NCBI GenBank assembly: GCA_009602725.1
Contig: WELB01000013.1
Coordinates: forward strand, 504,071-568,070
DNA length: 64,000 nt
From: Spirogloea muscicola
Lineage: Eukaryota
Direction: 5' to 3'
Below, piece after piece: positions 62,401 to 64,000 of this stretch. The stretch's first letter is position 1. The number at the start of each line of letters is the position of its first letter. The notes beneath the pieces were generated by a model that was given only the letters and a program-made list of their open reading frames with translations, had not been told where the DNA came from and searched no databases. Made by a program: the position numbers and the translations under genes.

Positions 62401-62500
62401 AGGTCTTCGGAAGAGCACCAGCAAGCATGAAGAACAGTACAAGCAGGTAGGAGAACGTCGCCAGGCGGAGCGCTGAGCGGCAGGCCTGCCGAGAGATCAT
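59439..62500 (-). pseudogene. PAI-like FAD protein copy 3, disabled
   Basis: Paralog of copy 2 with a 1-nt deletion in exon 2 (~61948-61951, ATTTTG vs ATTTTTG) and an in-frame TAG at 60792-60794 (GPI*LN vs GPIYLN). Confidence 0.8.
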
Positions 62501-63094
62501 CTTTGACCGGGAATGCTTCATTTCCGGTACCGCAAGTTGCACAGACGGCTGGTCGTCACGCCTTCCGCAGTGCTCCCTCGAGCGATCAACAGCAGAGCTT
62601 GGGCGGGGGCAGCGACAGCGGGGCCCTTATGGGACTCAGTAGCGTAGGCGACGGCGGCGGCAGAGGCGGCGGAGGCGGCCGCGCCAGCGGCAGGGAGAGT
62701 GGGGCCTCCACCTTTTTGCGGCTCAGCTCGCGGGCTGCGCGGGGTGATCGGCAACTCCGAGCGCCGGCTGGCGCCACCAGCTGGTGCACGAGTACGTTGA
62801 TGGGAAATGGCCCGTCCAGAAAGAGAGGAGGCGCGCGGTGCGCACGAAAGGCTGGCCACTTCAAGCCAACACACCGTTCAGGCAAAAGCTTCTGCAAATT
62901 TGGGGCTTCATCAATCAGAACCAGAAGCAGGCGGTCCCACGGGACTGCTTGAGTGGACGGTCGTTGGAAGTCGGGCTGCCGGCGGTTGGGTCCGCGCTCC
63001 GAATGGCCCGTCCTAAATGTTCCTGTTTGTTGGGCTTGGTTATCTCATCACAGTCTCTTGAGCCCTGCTTCAGCACAGCTGCTTCTTCTTCTTC

Positions 63095-63470
63095 CTTTTC
63101 CTGGTCCCTTCGGACTATGTTTAGATTCTTTTTTCTGGGCTGCCTCTTCCAGCCACCGCCCTCTCCTGGAAGCGTCTTTCCTTCTTCTACTTCTACTGCT
63201 TCTGCTTCTACTGTTCTGGGCGAGCCCTTTCTTCTACTGTTGGGAGAGCCACTTCTTCTTTCTTCTACTGCTTCTACTTTTCTCACAGCCACCAGTCAAA
63301 TTTGGAAGCGCTATTCTTTCCTTCACTAGCTTTTTCCTGAACAATGCAGTGTCCTCGATCGGCCATTCTTTCCTCTTAGCCGCAACTGCACGCCATCCCT
63401 TTCCATCCTGTCAATTCTTTTCGGGCTGGCTTCTCACAGCCCTTGCCCCCATTGGGAGAGCCACTTCTTT
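63095..63470 (+). repeat. Hairpin units with (CTT)/(CTTCTA)-type tails
   Basis: 63100-63183 resembles 25877-25960. Tails cttcttctacttctactgcttctgcttctactg. 63409-63469 is a near-perfect copy of the CRE 3'UTR end. Confidence 0.75.
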
Positions 63471-64000
63471 CCATTCCGGTGGCTCAGCCGGACAGACCGT
63501 CTTTGTTAATTTGGAAGCGATATTCCTCTGTCGCTCTGCACCTGGCCGACAGCCCGGAAAGGCCGGGCGCGACGGAGACGGACTGGGACAGCCGCGGACC
63601 CGCCAGGGGGCACGACAGAGCGCTCCGGACACTTGGTCCGCCCGACCATCCGGGCACCGGTACCGCTCGCGATGTCGGCCGGCGGACGGCATCAGGGGCT
63701 CAAGGGCAGCCAGCCCTCGCGTACACATCCGGCTTGACCTGGCGCACGGCTTGACCTGGCGCACGTGCGCCGGTCCCAAGCCTTTGCCACGCCCCACACG
63801 CCGCCGCTGCCGCCTGGCTGCCTTCAGTGCACAGTTTGTCTATGGGCCCACAGACGCCCCCCAAGCATTAAGAGCGCCGCCCCTATTCCGCCCTATTCCC
63901 TGGAGAGCACCATGCTTTTGGCCTCCCTTTGTTTTCATGCGCACCGTGCGCCTTTCTATTTTGCGGCTGCTGATTCGGGGTTACAAAGCTCCCAGTCGCT

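Larger units (their letters stand above)
50750..63810. repeat. Tandem segmental duplication: unit A ~50750-57200, unit B ~58245-63810
   Basis: Collinear similarity across exons, introns and flanks (e.g. 50755-51602 vs 58246-59184; 52445-56290 vs 59197-62950; 56960-57200 vs 63555-63810). Confidence 0.85.

Noticed and set aside
28102..62500. Protease-LysM gene and PAI-like genes as one co-regulated defence cluster
   Set aside because: They are separated by ~15 kb of unrelated housekeeping genes, and the sequence gives no evidence of functional linkage.

Overview
GC-rich, intron-containing nuclear DNA from a green plant lineage, most likely a streptophyte alga (inferred from plant-type ClpF, CCB3, gamma-CAL and CLT genes, TTTAGGG repeats and a green-type 18S fragment). 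It is a draft assembly with N-gaps at 27009-27737 and 35156-35423 and several single Ns. Housekeeping genes recognised from spliced translations: PAT11-like DHHC acyltransferase, ClpF, a CCX exchanger, an orphan first exon of RUVBL1, NOC2, an eIF1AD-like protein, a CRT-like transporter, tRNA-Val(UAC), CCB3, glucosidase II alpha and gamma-CAL. Two accessory loci stand out. (1) A putatively secreted ~862-aa protein fuses an intact papain-like protease to 2 EGF-like repeats, 4-5 Cys-type LysM modules and a Kazal-like domain. (2) Three tandem signal-peptide FAD-protein genes resemble the Cutibacterium/Propionibacterium acnes polyunsaturated-fatty-acid isomerase (PAI); the third copy is disabled, and a decayed 18S rRNA fragment is inserted in one duplicate. 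Intergenic DNA carries many remnants of a CRE-like (restriction-like endonuclease) non-LTR retrotransposon, and roughly 25 copies of a short GGCTG-loop-CAGCC hairpin unit that matches its 3' end. All family calls rest on recalled motif similarity, not database searches. Exon boundaries were read by eye.
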